Source of the DNA: an uncultured Planctomycetales bacterium
GTDB taxonomy: Bacteria; Omnitrophota; Gorgyraeia; Zapsychrales; JAHFFX01
Direction of reading: 5' to 3'
DNA length: 64,000 bases
NCBI GenBank assembly: GCA_964464475.1
Contig: CAYXGG010000004.1
Location: forward strand, 4,940 to 68,939
Part shown: piece after piece, positions 18,386 through 29,357 of the stretch
Layout of the letters: the number at the start of each line of letters is the position of its first letter
Position numbering within the stretch: the stretch's first letter is position 1
The notes under the pieces: generated by a model
Told to the model about the DNA's origin: nothing
Seen by the model: only the letters and a program-made list of their open reading frames with translations
Databases searched by the model: none
Position numbers and translations under genes: made by a program

Positions 18386-20366
18386 GGGTCTCCTGATAAT
18401 AAAAGTATGCTTTTCGCAAACGCCGTTCAAATGGACTATTTTTTCCGGATCCTTGACTGACAATCCCTAACCATTCCTCATGGCTATAACCATCGGCAAA
18501 AGGAAACTTAAACGTCGCCTGTGTTTGCTGAACATTTTCGGGATCATCCCGCGTGTCTTTCCACCACTCATCAAGATATTCAAAAATGATCCCGCCGATG
18601 GAATTACCCACCGCCGGCCCCCCGGCTTGTTGGATCACAATATCACGAAAATTACCCTGATGATACTCTCGCTGACTATCTTCGTCGACCCCTTCGTCTT
18701 GATAGTAAGCATCGCTACCGAATTCGGTGATGACCACCGGTCGATCAAATAACTTCTGAGCGTCGCTCCACAGAGCGCCAAACCCTTCTTTGCCTCGATA
18801 CGAATTAATCCCCAAAATATCGATCTCCGGAGCATGTTCTCGGTAGAGTTCAAACAAATTAACTTCAATATTCCCCACCGCGACGGGATGATTGGGATCC
18901 AACTCATGAATCATGGCCGCTACTTCATTGAGAAACTTCGCGTACGCCACGGGCTGAGTCGCGGCATTCGTGCGCGTGGCGTTAACGCCCAGGTAGTCTC
19001 CGGGCATATTATTTTCATTACCTAACAACCACATCAAAACAAAGGGCTCGTCTTTTAGATCTAAAACTTTAGCGCGTACGAGGTCTTTCATCTTTTGCAA
19101 TTGCTCTGGATCAGTATAATCGGTCCCCTTCTCCCACGAGGCCCCGGAACCTTGCGTGTACGCGCCCAGGAAATCACCTGCAATAATTTTAATACCAAAA
19201 CGATCATTCAAATCTCTCAACAATTCTTTATTGACCAATTGAGGATCATAAGTCACTCGGTTAACATTAGGCAAATACAAACGAATCGTGTTGATGCCCA
19301 TGCCTTTGAGCAGCTTAAAATCCCCCACCGCGGGTTCATCGGCGTCCTGAAAACCATTCGCATTGGCATCGACCCACGCATCATAGGCAGCATCCACCCG
19401 ACCATTGCCATTCTTGTCCTGGAACATCCAACGATCAAGAAACCGCTCGTCGTTGTGCGGTCCAAAACCTATTTCCGTCGGTGAATAAGTAATCCCTTTA
19501 ATAAAATAAGGACGACCCGCAACGCGTAGCTGCCAATGTCCATTTTCAAACTGCACGACTTGAACGGTTCCCTTCCCTCGAGTATTCATGATATTCATAC
19601 CAGATAAATCCGGCAGTTTATTGAGCCGTTGTTCTAAAGAAACCTTTTCGAATTTCCCGGGATTGACTTTAATGATATCGTTGGCAAAATCCAAGTCTGT
19701 TCCATTCTCAACGCTCGCCGAGGCCCCGACCAGCTCCCAACCTAATTGCGGATAATCCCGCAGAATTCTTTTGATACTTTCCAACGCAGCCGGCGCAATA
19801 TACCAAACAAAACTTTTGTCTTCCGCCCAACATATTGAACGCGGAAAATGGATCAGCGCCGCGTAATAAGCTTTAATAGCCGGAATCATCAACCCCGCTT
19901 TTTCCAACGTCACTCCCGTAAAGAACGTCTTAACACCTTTTTCTTCTCCGGCTGTCGCCCACACATAAAAAGCCTTCTGCACGTCTTTTTCTTTCAACCA
20001 AGACCAATGTAACCCATCCAGCAAACCCTGTTTTTTCCATTCCATAAAATTGGGTTCTTGGGTCACGGCAAAATCGTTTGGGTATATACCCGCGCCAATA
20101 TCCTTCTTCAAACGATTAGCTTCTTTGATTTCAAAATGATAAGCGGCGGTATCTACACCCAAAAAATCCCCATAAAGAGAATAGTCGAGCGGCTCTAAAA
20201 GACCAGCCTGCTCAATCGCAAACTGAGGTGCCGGTAAAGGTAAACCTTGAAGGAACTTTATTAATAAACGGTGCGGATCATCGGAAACTTCGTTGATGGA
20301 ATGAACGCAGGGGATTGTCCCCAAGAGAGAGAAAACGACAGATAGCAGTAATGTTATTTTTTTCAT
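18357..20366 (-). CDS. Exported glycoside hydrolase family 2-like TIM-barrel protein
   Basis: GINTIRLY, WLLGNENN (acid/base Glu), VVITEFG (nucleophile) and a signal peptide. Confidence 0.8.
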   Translation of the reverse strand: MKKITLLLSVVFSLLGTIPCVHSINEVSDDPHRLLIKFLQGLPLPAPQFAIEQAGLLEPLDYSLYGDFLGVDTAAYHFEIKEANRLKKDIGAGIYPNDFAVTQEPNFMEWKKQGLLDGLHWSWLKEKDVQKAFYVWATAGEEKGVKTFFTGVTLEKAGLMIPAIKAYYAALIHFPRSICWAEDKSFVWYIAPAALESIKRILRDYPQLGWELVGASASVENGTDLDFANDIIKVNPGKFEKVSLEQRLNKLPDLSGMNIMNTRGKGTVQVVQFENGHWQLRVAGRPYFIKGITYSPTEIGFGPHNDERFLDRWMFQDKNGNGRVDAAYDAWVDANANGFQDADEPAVGDFKLLKGMGINTIRLYLPNVNRVTYDPQLVNKELLRDLNDRFGIKIIAGDFLGAYTQGSGASWEKGTDYTDPEQLQKMKDLVRAKVLDLKDEPFVLMWLLGNENNMPGDYLGVNATRTNAATQPVAYAKFLNEVAAMIHELDPNHPVAVGNIEVNLFELYREHAPEIDILGINSYRGKEGFGALWSDAQKLFDRPVVITEFGSDAYYQDEGVDEDSQREYHQGNFRDIVIQQAGGPAVGNSIGGIIFEYLDEWWKDTRDDPENVQQTQATFKFPFADGYSHEEWLGIVSQGSGKNSPFERRLRKAYFYYQETHESLSASQD

Positions 20367-20502
20367 GATTTATCGTTTTTGTTGTGAACCACACTATAAC
20401 GCAGAATTAGCTAGGGCTCAACGATAAATCTCAAACCAAAAAACAGGCGACGGGCAGGATATCTCGACTAATGTTAATCAAGACAGTGACGGGCGCCCCT
20501 AG

Positions 20503-22365
20503 TTACAACTCAGGCGCCCACTCCACGTAAAACCCATCCACTTTATCACTGGATGAAATACTAAAACCGCGCCGTTTAAAAATACTAAGCATAAGAACGT
20601 TATTTTTCAACACATGCGCGTATAGCTTTTGAATTTTCTGAGTCGTCGCTGCTTTCAGCAAAATATCACACAGAAAGCCGCCGATCCCGAAACCTTGATA
20701 ATCCTCTTTGACAACCAATCCTATTTCCGCGGAACCATCCGGTTGCCGGACGTAGCGACCCAAGGCCACCATTTGCGCGTACGGTTGCCAGGAATCGAAT
20801 CCCGCGATGGCCATGTCCTGATTGTAATCAACAGACACCCGCGCCTGGGCCACGGCATGCGGCAGGGCATCAACATACGACAAATACCGTTGATAAATCG
20901 TCTGGGGGCGATGACTGTAGAAGAAATCTTGAATGGCCTTTTCATCATGCGGGCGCAACTCACGAAAATAAACGGTCCTATCTTTAAAATTCTTCGAATA
21001 AGGGATCAACTCCTTGACCGGACTGTGATCGTCCTTAATAGTCATTTGGTCAATATAAACATAATGTTTTTGTTTTAAATAACTTAACAACTCATCCCTA
21101 AATTTAGGATGCGCGATCTGAATCAATGCCAATGCCCGCTCCCGAATATTTTTTCCGTGCAAATACGCGATCCCATATTCCGTAACAATATAATGCACGT
21201 CGGCGCGCGAAGTGACGACACCGGCTCCAGGTTCTAAATGCGTGGCGATCTTAGAAATCGTCCCGTTTTTCGCCGTGGACGCAAATGCGAGAAAGGATCT
21301 CCCCCCCGGAGAACGTTTAGCCCCGCGGACAAAATCCACCTGACCGCCAAACCCGCTGTAAAAAACCGGCCCCAAACTATCCGAACACACCTGACCCGTC
21401 AAATCGACCGCGATGGCGGAATTAATGGAGACCATGTTTTGATTCTGACAAATCACGAAGGGATCATTGGTGTATTCTGAGGGAAAGAATTGAAAATCCA
21501 CATTGCGATTGATGACGTCATACGTCTTTTTTGTCGCCAAAACAAAACTCAAGACTGACGCCCCGACATTGATTCCTTTTTTCTTATTGGTGATGTTCCC
21601 GTTCAAATATAATTCCGTCACGCCATCGGAAATCATCTCGGTGTGGATCCCTAAATCATTTTTGTTTTTCAAATTTTTCAAAACGGAATCCGGGATATTC
21701 CCGATCCCCAACTGCAAGGTGTCCCCATCGCGAATGAACTTAGCCAAATGCGAACCGATTTGCTCTGAAACAGCATCCGGCTCTCCCTGAGGGAATTCTT
21801 TTAGCGGTTCATCATAGCGGACCAAATAATCAAACGCGGACAACGGCAATACCGCTTTCCCTAAAGTAAACGGCATTTGGGAATTAACCTGCGCGATAAC
21901 AATATCGGCGGTCGCGATCGCGGCCGGTAGAATACTGACCTCAACGCCCAATGAGACCTCGTTACGTTCATTAGGGGTTGAAACCTGAACCACCGCCGCG
22001 TGCACGGCCAACTGTCGGGTTTTAATCAGCTGGGGGACTTCTGACAAAAAGACCGGAATATAATCCGCTTGACCGCGCGCCACCGCGTCCCGCACATTAT
22101 GCCCGATAAAAAACGCATTGTGCCTAAAGGCGAAAGCGTATTCCGGACGAACGTACGGCGCCTCCCCCGTCGCCAACAAATGAACAATTTCATTGTCACG
22201 AAAAAGTTCAGCATTACGGATCAACGCTTGCACGAGGTGAGATGGAACACCGCAACCGGCGCCTAAAAGGATGCGCTGACCTTTATGAATTTTTTTAATC
22301 GCCGCATCCGCGTCCAGCCATTGCGGATGACGAATAGGATATTGATATTCTTGAAAATACTGCAT
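20503..22365 (-). CDS. Acetyl-CoA hydrolase/CoA-transferase fused to C-terminal GNAT acetyltransferase
   Basis: LQLGIGNIPD, GIHTEM, SGFGGQVDFVRGA and VTEYGIA, then GNAT motif VKEDYQGFGIG. Confidence 0.92.
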   Translation of the reverse strand: MQYFQEYQYPIRHPQWLDADAAIKKIHKGQRILLGAGCGVPSHLVQALIRNAELFRDNEIVHLLATGEAPYVRPEYAFAFRHNAFFIGHNVRDAVARGQADYIPVFLSEVPQLIKTRQLAVHAAVVQVSTPNERNEVSLGVEVSILPAAIATADIVIAQVNSQMPFTLGKAVLPLSAFDYLVRYDEPLKEFPQGEPDAVSEQIGSHLAKFIRDGDTLQLGIGNIPDSVLKNLKNKNDLGIHTEMISDGVTELYLNGNITNKKKGINVGASVLSFVLATKKTYDVINRNVDFQFFPSEYTNDPFVICQNQNMVSINSAIAVDLTGQVCSDSLGPVFYSGFGGQVDFVRGAKRSPGGRSFLAFASTAKNGTISKIATHLEPGAGVVTSRADVHYIVTEYGIAYLHGKNIRERALALIQIAHPKFRDELLSYLKQKHYVYIDQMTIKDDHSPVKELIPYSKNFKDRTVYFRELRPHDEKAIQDFFYSHRPQTIYQRYLSYVDALPHAVAQARVSVDYNQDMAIAGFDSWQPYAQMVALGRYVRQPDGSAEIGLVVKEDYQGFGIGGFLCDILLKAATTQKIQKLYAHVLKNNVLMLSIFKRRGFSISSSDKVDGFYVEWAPEL

Positions 22366-22390
22366 AACACTAACCTTTCTTATTTCCTAC

Positions 22391-23449
22391 TTAACATATT
22401 CTTGGTAATTGTTCCCCGCTTAGCATGTCCAGTATCCGCACGACACCCATCCGACTAACCATCGTGACCCGCGGATTCCCCTTTTCGGTAACTTCCCCGA
22501 TAAGGGTCGCGTTTTCTCCTAATGGATCCGCCCGTAAAATACCTAAGACCCGGTCAACATCCTTACGGTCAACCAACAAAACAAAACGCCCTTCGTTGGC
22601 AACGGAAAGTGGATCCAATCCCAGAATTTCACAAGCCCCCCGCACATCGTCTCGGACCGGGACCGCTTTTTCTTCAATGTTAAACACATGTCCACTGGCC
22701 ATGGCCAATTCGTTAAGAGCGCTCACCAACCCACCTCGGGTCAAATCGCGCAGGCAATGAATCTTGACCTTGGCCGCAAGTAACTTCGCGACCAACCCAT
22801 TCAAGGGGGCGGAATCACTTTCGATCGCCGATTCAAACTGCAATCCCTCACGCGCCGAGAGGATCGCCATACCGTGGCGACCCAAATCACCGCTGACAAT
22901 AATTTGATCACCCACAGCGATACGCGTTGGCGCTATTGTCATCTCCTGTTCAATTACCCCAATCCCCGCCGTAGTAATGAAAATCTCATCTCCCTTGCCC
23001 CTATCGACTACCTTCGTATCGCCGGTGACAATCCGGACCCCCGCGCTGTCCGCCGCCCGGCGCATGGATTGCAACACGCGCCATAATCTTTCCATCGATA
23101 GCCCCTCTTCCAAAATAAACGCGACCGATATATACAAAGGACGGGCCCCCACCATGGCCAAATCATTGACAGTACCGTGGATGGATAGCGACCCGATATC
23201 ACCCCCGGCGAAGAAAATCGGGCGGACAACAAACGAATCCGTAGTCATGGCCACTCGCGCGTTGGGGTTAGCTAAGACCGCCGCGTCATGTGCGGATTCT
23301 AACGACGGATTCGTAAACGCGGGAACAATCAATTTATCCAACAATTCTTTGGATAATTTTCCTCCTCCGCCATGCGCCAACAATAAATGACGATGATTAG
23401 TTAAAGGCATCGGGCAAGAAACCTGTAGAAGTGATTGATCATTGATCAT
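22391..23449 (-). CDS. hypE: Hydrogenase maturation protein HypE
   Basis: HGGGGK, TTDSFVV, GTVNDLA, RDLTRGG and C-terminal LPRIC. Confidence 0.97.
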   Translation of the reverse strand: MINDQSLLQVSCPMPLTNHRHLLLAHGGGGKLSKELLDKLIVPAFTNPSLESAHDAAVLANPNARVAMTTDSFVVRPIFFAGGDIGSLSIHGTVNDLAMVGARPLYISVAFILEEGLSMERLWRVLQSMRRAADSAGVRIVTGDTKVVDRGKGDEIFITTAGIGVIEQEMTIAPTRIAVGDQIIVSGDLGRHGMAILSAREGLQFESAIESDSAPLNGLVAKLLAAKVKIHCLRDLTRGGLVSALNELAMASGHVFNIEEKAVPVRDDVRGACEILGLDPLSVANEGRFVLLVDRKDVDRVLGILRADPLGENATLIGEVTEKGNPRVTMVSRMGVVRILDMLSGEQLPRIC

Positions 23450-24561
23450 GACGACACCTGTTTATTTGTCGGCAAGGGCAGATCACGATAGCGATAATAC
23501 GCCGAGCAGGCCCCCTCAGAGGAGACCATCGTCGCGCCCAACGGATGTTCCGGTGTGCATTTTGTACCAAAAGCCGGACATTCGGTCGGTTTAATCGTTC
23601 CTTGCAGTACCAACCCACTTAAGCAATCTCTCGGTTCCGCGATTTGACGCGCACTTAAACCGAAACGTTTTTCCGCATCGAAGGACGCGTAGTCATCGCG
23701 CAATCCTAAGCCACTGTCGTTAATTGCCCCAATGCCCCGCCACTGCCGGGTGACAATTTGAAAAACCGTCTTGATCAATTGTTGAGCTGGGAGATTCCCT
23801 TCGGTCCGTACCGAACGCGCATACTGGTTCTCGACCTCCCATCGTCCTTCTTCCAACTGTTTAACGCAAAGATACACCCCATGCAAAATATCTAACGGTT
23901 CAAACCCCGTGACCACGATGGGCACGCGATACCGTGCGGCGATCGGCCCATATTCATGGCATCCCATGACCGTGCACACATGCCCCGCCGCCAGAAAACC
24001 CTGCACACGATTTTCTTTAGACGACAAAATAGCTTCCATGGCCGGAGGGACCAATACGTGAGAAATTAAAACGGAAAAGTTCTCAACGCCCTTTTCCTTG
24101 GCCTGGTAAACCGCCATAGCGTTGGCTGGGGCCGTCGTTTCAAAACCGACCGCCAAGAAGACCACTTGTTTTTGTGGGAACTTTTGCGCCAGCGTGACGG
24201 CGTCTAACGGCGAATAAACCACCCGCACATCACCGCCCCGCGCTTTGACCGATTGCAAATCCGTCGATGATCCGGGGACCCGAAGCATATCTCCAAAGGT
24301 GCAAAAAATCACCTCTGGCCGCGAAGCAATTTCTACGGCCTTGTCAATAATGTCCAGCGGCGTCACGCAAACCGGGCATCCCGGGCCATGGATCAGTTTG
24401 ATCTGCTCCGGCAGCAATCGATCTAATCCGAATTTAATGATCGCGTGGGTCTGCCCTCCGCAAATTTCCATTAATGACCAAGGGTGGGTCACGACCCGCT
24501 TGATTTCTCTGACAAACCGATGGACTTCATCCGCATTGCGGTACTCATCTAAATATTTCAT
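23446..24561 (-). CDS. hypD: Hydrogenase maturation protein HypD
   Basis: [25 protein letters not shown] and MVSSEGAC. Confidence 0.97.
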   Translation of the reverse strand: MKYLDEYRNADEVHRFVREIKRVVTHPWSLMEICGGQTHAIIKFGLDRLLPEQIKLIHGPGCPVCVTPLDIIDKAVEIASRPEVIFCTFGDMLRVPGSSTDLQSVKARGGDVRVVYSPLDAVTLAQKFPQKQVVFLAVGFETTAPANAMAVYQAKEKGVENFSVLISHVLVPPAMEAILSSKENRVQGFLAAGHVCTVMGCHEYGPIAARYRVPIVVTGFEPLDILHGVYLCVKQLEEGRWEVENQYARSVRTEGNLPAQQLIKTVFQIVTRQWRGIGAINDSGLGLRDDYASFDAEKRFGLSARQIAEPRDCLSGLVLQGTIKPTECPAFGTKCTPEHPLGATMVSSEGACSAYYRYRDLPLPTNKQVSS

Positions 24562-24571
24562 GATTAAGTCG

Positions 24572-24814
24572 TCACTTTATCTCTTCCAATTCATCCATTG
24601 CTTTTAAATAATCAAAGACTTTCTGGGCCTCCACCGGATCGACGGTGCTGATCGCAAACCCGACATGCACAATCACGTAATCACCGACTTTGGCTTCAGG
24701 CACGTAAGCTAACGATACTTCTTTGCTGATCCCCCCAAAGCTGACTTTTCCCGCTCGGGTCAATTCTCCCTCCTGCGTGATTTCCGTGATGAGACCCGGA
24801 ACCGCCAAACACAT
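24572..24814 (-). CDS. hypC: Hydrogenase chaperone HypC
   Basis: MCLAVPG start at 24814 and [13 protein letters not shown]. Confidence 0.96.
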   Translation of the reverse strand: MCLAVPGLITEITQEGELTRAGKVSFGGISKEVSLAYVPEAKVGDYVIVHVGFAISTVDPVEAQKVFDYLKAMDELEEIK

Positions 24815-24815
24815 A

Positions 24816-27128
24816 TTACCCTCTCTTTCCTTGATGCGCCGCCACCCATAATTGGCCCACCGCCAAAGCGCCGTCATTCACCGGTAACTTTTCCGGCAAA
24901 AAAACGCTAAAACCTTCTTTTTGTAAACGGGATTTCGCCTTCCCACTCAAATACGCATTCTGAAAACAGCCTCCGGAGAGAACAATATCCTCCATCCGGA
25001 TCTCCCTCGCCACCGAGACCAAAATCTCGACTAACGTGTCATGAAATTTCCGGCTAATTTGGGCTGAGTCCGTTTTTAAATTCAAATCAATCAAAATGCC
25101 TTGCAGCATGGCACCCCAATCAATCCGCCATTGTTGATCTTTATCAATTAATAAATCAAATGAATAAACTCCCTGGTCCTCGGTCCCGCGCAACACCTGT
25201 TCCAAACGTTCCGCGCCCTGCCCTTCGAAAGAAGCACGGGAAACCAATCCCAACAAAAACGCCACCGCATCATATAAGCGACCGACGCTAGTCGTCAATG
25301 GTGAATTAAAAGAACGTTCCAGCATTTGCTTGATCGCATTAATTTCCACTGCACTGAAAGCGGCTTTAATACTTTCCGGAAATGTCGACCCCAATTTAGA
25401 TTTGTTCCATTCAACAATGAGCCCTAGCGCGCTGCGCCGGGGTTCACGGACCGCGACTTCCCCACCCGGCAAAGGAAAAGGACGAAAGCTCGCCACTCGT
25501 TGATATTTCGCCCCATCCACCGTCAAGAATTCTCCCCCCCAGACGGTTCCGTCCGGCCCCCACCCCGTCCCATCCCAAGCCACGCCTAAAACAGGTCCCG
25601 TCAATTGCTTTTCAGCCATGACCGCCGCAACGTGCGCGTGATGGTGCTGCACGCGGTAAATAAGTTTCCCTAATGGCTGAGCTAAACGAGACGACACATA
25701 ATCAGGGTGTTCGTCAATAACGACGTCTTTGACTTCAGCGTCGTGAAGTTGGCGCAAACTGCTTTGGCAATCCTGGAATGATTTGACAGCCAATTCATTT
25801 TCCAAATCACCGATATGCTGACTGAGAACGATTCTATTCTCAAGCCCCAGCGCAACGGTATTCTTTAACTGCCCGCCTAAGGCCATCCGGCCCGATACAT
25901 TCACCGTAACCTCCAATGATACCGGGGCATAACCCCTGGCCAGACGAATCGGCAAAGTCTGCTTATCCAAACAGCGCACGATCGAATCATCCAAGGCTCT
26001 GACAATAGGACGGTCATGGACCAAGAAAATATCGGCAATTTGGGCTAACCGGTTTAACGCGTCAATGTCCTCAATGCATATCGGTTCTTCGCTAACGTTA
26101 CCACTGGTCATGACCAACGGTCGATCTACAATTTGCATCAATAAATGATGCAACGGCGTGGTCGGCAGCATCACCCCTATATTCTGATACCCCGGAGCAA
26201 TACCCGACGCTAACGTCACCCCTGCCGTTTCTGCCTGGCAGGCCACAATCACAATCGGCGCCGCCGCGCTGGTCAGCACCTCTGTTTCGAAAGCCGACAA
26301 CTTCGCGTAACGCTGAACTTCAACAACATTTTTCATCATCAACGCGAATGGTTTATCCGGGCGCTGTTTACGTTCCCTAAGTCGACGAACCGCATCCTCA
26401 TTCGTCGCGTCCACCGACAGTTGAAAACCTCCCAGGCCCTTAACAGCGACGATCTTACCTTGAATCATTGCTTCCGCCGCCTGTTTTAAAGCATCCCCTT
26501 GGTGTGCCAAAACCTTCCGCGATGAATCCCAAAGCGCCAACTGCGGACCACAATCCGGACAGGCGTTGGCTTGCGCATGAAAACGTCGGTTTAAAGGATC
26601 GTGATACTCTTCAAGGCAACGCGGGCACATACTAAACTGACGCATCGTCGTGTTGATCCGATCATAAGGCACGGATTCAATGATTGAAAATCTCGGACCG
26701 CAATGCGTGCAATTGGTGAAAGGATAATGATACCGTCGATTGGCAGGATCAAAAATGTCCTTAAAGCATTCCTCACAGGTCGCTAAGTCCGGAAGGACCG
26801 GCGCGGATTTTACCCCTTCATGAATACTGGCTCGGATAACAAAACGTTCCTCCGGGTGGCAACATTGTTTTGTCTTTTCCCAATCTGTTATCTTTGAAGG
26901 AAAAGGAAGCTCCGTTAATAGCCGATGTTGAAATAGCCTTAGCTGTGATCGCTCTCCCTGAACTTCTAACTCAACCCCGGCAGAGGTGTTACTTACCTGA
27001 CCGGTCAAGCCGAATTCATTGGCCAACCTTAACACAAAAGGTCGAAAACCAACTCCTTGGACATATCCGGTTAGCACATAATGCCAGCGTTCTCGCCGAG
27101 AATTGAGAAGACCTACAGGTAGTGACAT
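24816..27128 (-). CDS. hypF: Carbamoyltransferase HypF
   Basis: GYVQGVGFRPFV, zinc fingers CxxC/NCTHCGPR, QHHHAH and DGTGWG. Confidence 0.97.
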   Translation of the reverse strand: MSLPVGLLNSRRERWHYVLTGYVQGVGFRPFVLRLANEFGLTGQVSNTSAGVELEVQGERSQLRLFQHRLLTELPFPSKITDWEKTKQCCHPEERFVIRASIHEGVKSAPVLPDLATCEECFKDIFDPANRRYHYPFTNCTHCGPRFSIIESVPYDRINTTMRQFSMCPRCLEEYHDPLNRRFHAQANACPDCGPQLALWDSSRKVLAHQGDALKQAAEAMIQGKIVAVKGLGGFQLSVDATNEDAVRRLRERKQRPDKPFALMMKNVVEVQRYAKLSAFETEVLTSAAAPIVIVACQAETAGVTLASGIAPGYQNIGVMLPTTPLHHLLMQIVDRPLVMTSGNVSEEPICIEDIDALNRLAQIADIFLVHDRPIVRALDDSIVRCLDKQTLPIRLARGYAPVSLEVTVNVSGRMALGGQLKNTVALGLENRIVLSQHIGDLENELAVKSFQDCQSSLRQLHDAEVKDVVIDEHPDYVSSRLAQPLGKLIYRVQHHHAHVAAVMAEKQLTGPVLGVAWDGTGWGPDGTVWGGEFLTVDGAKYQRVASFRPFPLPGGEVAVREPRRSALGLIVEWNKSKLGSTFPESIKAAFSAVEINAIKQMLERSFNSPLTTSVGRLYDAVAFLLGLVSRASFEGQGAERLEQVLRGTEDQGVYSFDLLIDKDQQWRIDWGAMLQGILIDLNLKTDSAQISRKFHDTLVEILVSVAREIRMEDIVLSGGCFQNAYLSGKAKSRLQKEGFSVFLPEKLPVNDGALAVGQLWVAAHQGKRG

Positions 27129-27147
27129 TGCTCATGCTTTCGCTGAG

Positions 27148-27483
27148 TTAACTTTCTATTTGCGTCGTAATGGTATTACCTTGTACCACTTCCACATTGC
27201 GGGACAGACAAGACGAACACATCAACAAATGGTGGTCTTCCACCGGTCCGCGTTGGCCGCAAGCGCGGCACAGGACTTCCACCGGGACCTCTTCAAAATC
27301 AATGGGTATCCGCTCCAGCGCGGTCGATTGCGTACGCATTTGGTAATGAAACAGGACCGAATCTTTATGCAAATGAAACATCTCTCCCACACGGACACGG
27401 ATATTTTTTGGTTCTCCCTCTTGTTTCTTCAAGTCCGCTAAGATGACTTCGATAATCTTTTCTGTAAATCCCGCTTCATGCAT
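27148..27483 (-). CDS. hypA: Nickel metallochaperone HypA
   Basis: N-terminal MHE and two CxxC motifs (CRAC, CSSC). Confidence 0.9.
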   Translation of the reverse strand: MHEAGFTEKIIEVILADLKKQEGEPKNIRVRVGEMFHLHKDSVLFHYQMRTQSTALERIPIDFEEVPVEVLCRACGQRGPVEDHHLLMCSSCLSRNVEVVQGNTITTQIES

Positions 27484-27940
27484 AGACCACCTGACCGTTT
27501 ATCCAAGCCGTTATTTTCTCCAAAGCCGAACGCAACCTTAACTTTCCCAAAAATGAAAGCTGATCTCCAACATCAAAATGCTCACCCCGAATCTGGCAAA
27601 TATACATTTCCCATTCTTTTTGATAAAGTTGTCGGCCTAATCGGCCCAATAATTCCGGGCTAAGATGATGCGATGATGCCAAAGCTGGCCCATCATGGAC
27701 CTCTAATTTCCTCAGCAATACATCGTTACCCCCAACCGCCGCGTCAATAAACAACAACCGATCATATTTGATCGCTTCTTCCAACAGCTCAATCTGCAAC
27801 TGCTGGCAGGTCATCACCGAAACCCCCGGCAGGTTTTCTTTTTGCAATGCAGCGGCCGCCGCCCACCCCAGACCGTCATCCTGGCGCATGGGATTACCGT
27901 ATCCAATAATCAAGGTGTTAACCACCGCGTTTGATGACAT
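27476..27940 (-). CDS. hoxW: Hydrogenase maturation protease HoxW
   Basis: IIGYGNPMRQDDGLG, FIDAA and SSHHLSP. Start reassigned to MSSN at 27940. Confidence 0.9.
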   Translation of the reverse strand: MSSNAVVNTLIIGYGNPMRQDDGLGWAAAAALQKENLPGVSVMTCQQLQIELLEEAIKYDRLLFIDAAVGGNDVLLRKLEVHDGPALASSHHLSPELLGRLGRQLYQKEWEMYICQIRGEHFDVGDQLSFLGKLRLRSALEKITAWINGQVVYA

Positions 27941-29357
27941 TGACCAGCTCTCCCTTCTGATCAAGAATTTCAACCAACAACGGCATCGCCCCGATAGAAT
28001 GGGTTGAACAAGACAAACAAGGGTCATAACAACGGATCGCGGCTTCGACCCGATTGAGCGCGCCTTCTTTAATTGATGGACCGCGCACGTATTGCCGCGC
28101 GACTTCCAACACCGACCGATTCATCGATGGATTATTCTGTCCCGTGGCGATCAGCAAATTGACTTTCTGTAAAATACCATTTTTGTCCGTCGTGTAATGA
28201 TGGAACAAGGTCCCGCGCGGGGCCTCAGAGCAACCGATCCCTTCCGTCCGGTTTCGCTGAGCGTGCGCCTGCAATTGATCCCCCAACACCTCCGGATCAT
28301 TAAGAATATCCCGCACCAGTTCAATACAATTAAGAACTTCAACTAAACGCGCGTAATGAAAGAAAAATGAACCGTTGACCGGTAGTCCTTTATTAATCGC
28401 TTTAAATTGCAGGAACTCCTCTTGCGCCAACGGCGTTCGGATGCGACTGGCGACGTTAAGTCGCGACAAAGGACCGACCCGATAAAATCCATCCGGGTAA
28501 CCCAAAGGTTTGTAATAAGGATATTTTAAATAGGACCAATCAATCGGTCTTTCGGCAATAAACGACAAATAGTCTTCCGGTTTCAGCTGATCTCCTAATA
28601 TCTTTCCCTGACTATCCACCATCCTCAAGTTGCCTTCATATAATTCATGTTCACCTTGAGGCCCAACGAGTCCCAAATGCAAGGTGGGAAAATTCGCGAA
28701 AGTGCTTACCTCTTCGGGATGAGCGGCGTGATAGTCTTTTATTAATTTGATCCCCTGGCGAGTGGTCTCTAACACTTCCGGGACCCAATCGAGGAGCGCC
28801 TGGCGATTTTCCGGCGTTAAACGATAAAGAAAACCTCCCGGAACAATACCCATGACGTGGATCTTTTTTCCGGTCAACCGTTCGCTTAATTCCTGACCAA
28901 ATTTTCGCAAGCGGATTCCCCGTACGGCCAAGTCCGGAAACTTATTGGCGATCTCAATAATGTTTCTTTTCTCCGGTTCCGCGTCCCAACCGAACAAAAA
29001 ATCCGGCGAGGACAAATGAAAAAAACTTAACGCATGCGATGAAAGCACCTGCCCCAAATGCGTCAAGCGGCGCAACAACGTCCCTGTGTACGGGACCTTC
29101 ACCTGCATGATCATCTCGCACGCTTTAGCACTGGCCACCGCGTGGCTGACCGGACAAATCCCGCAAATGCGCGGGGTGATCGATGGCATTTCCGTAAAAA
29201 GCCGCCCTTCACAAAATTTCTCAAAACCACGAAATTCATTCACGTGAAAACGTGCGTCTTTAACCTGGCCGTCTTTGTCCAACTGCAAAGTAATTTTCGC
29301 GTGCCCTTCAATGCGGGTCACCGGACTGATGGTGATTTTCTGTTCCTGGTTAACCAT
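27918..29357 (-). CDS. hoxH: [NiFe] bidirectional hydrogenase large subunit (group 3d)
   Basis: RIEGH, L1 RICGICPVSH and L2 RCYDPCLSCSTH with a C-terminal extension. Start MVNQ at 29357. Confidence 0.95.
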   Translation of the reverse strand: MVNQEQKITISPVTRIEGHAKITLQLDKDGQVKDARFHVNEFRGFEKFCEGRLFTEMPSITPRICGICPVSHAVASAKACEMIMQVKVPYTGTLLRRLTHLGQVLSSHALSFFHLSSPDFLFGWDAEPEKRNIIEIANKFPDLAVRGIRLRKFGQELSERLTGKKIHVMGIVPGGFLYRLTPENRQALLDWVPEVLETTRQGIKLIKDYHAAHPEEVSTFANFPTLHLGLVGPQGEHELYEGNLRMVDSQGKILGDQLKPEDYLSFIAERPIDWSYLKYPYYKPLGYPDGFYRVGPLSRLNVASRIRTPLAQEEFLQFKAINKGLPVNGSFFFHYARLVEVLNCIELVRDILNDPEVLGDQLQAHAQRNRTEGIGCSEAPRGTLFHHYTTDKNGILQKVNLLIATGQNNPSMNRSVLEVARQYVRGPSIKEGALNRVEAAIRCYDPCLSCSTHSIGAMPLLVEILDQKGELVNVIKRGG

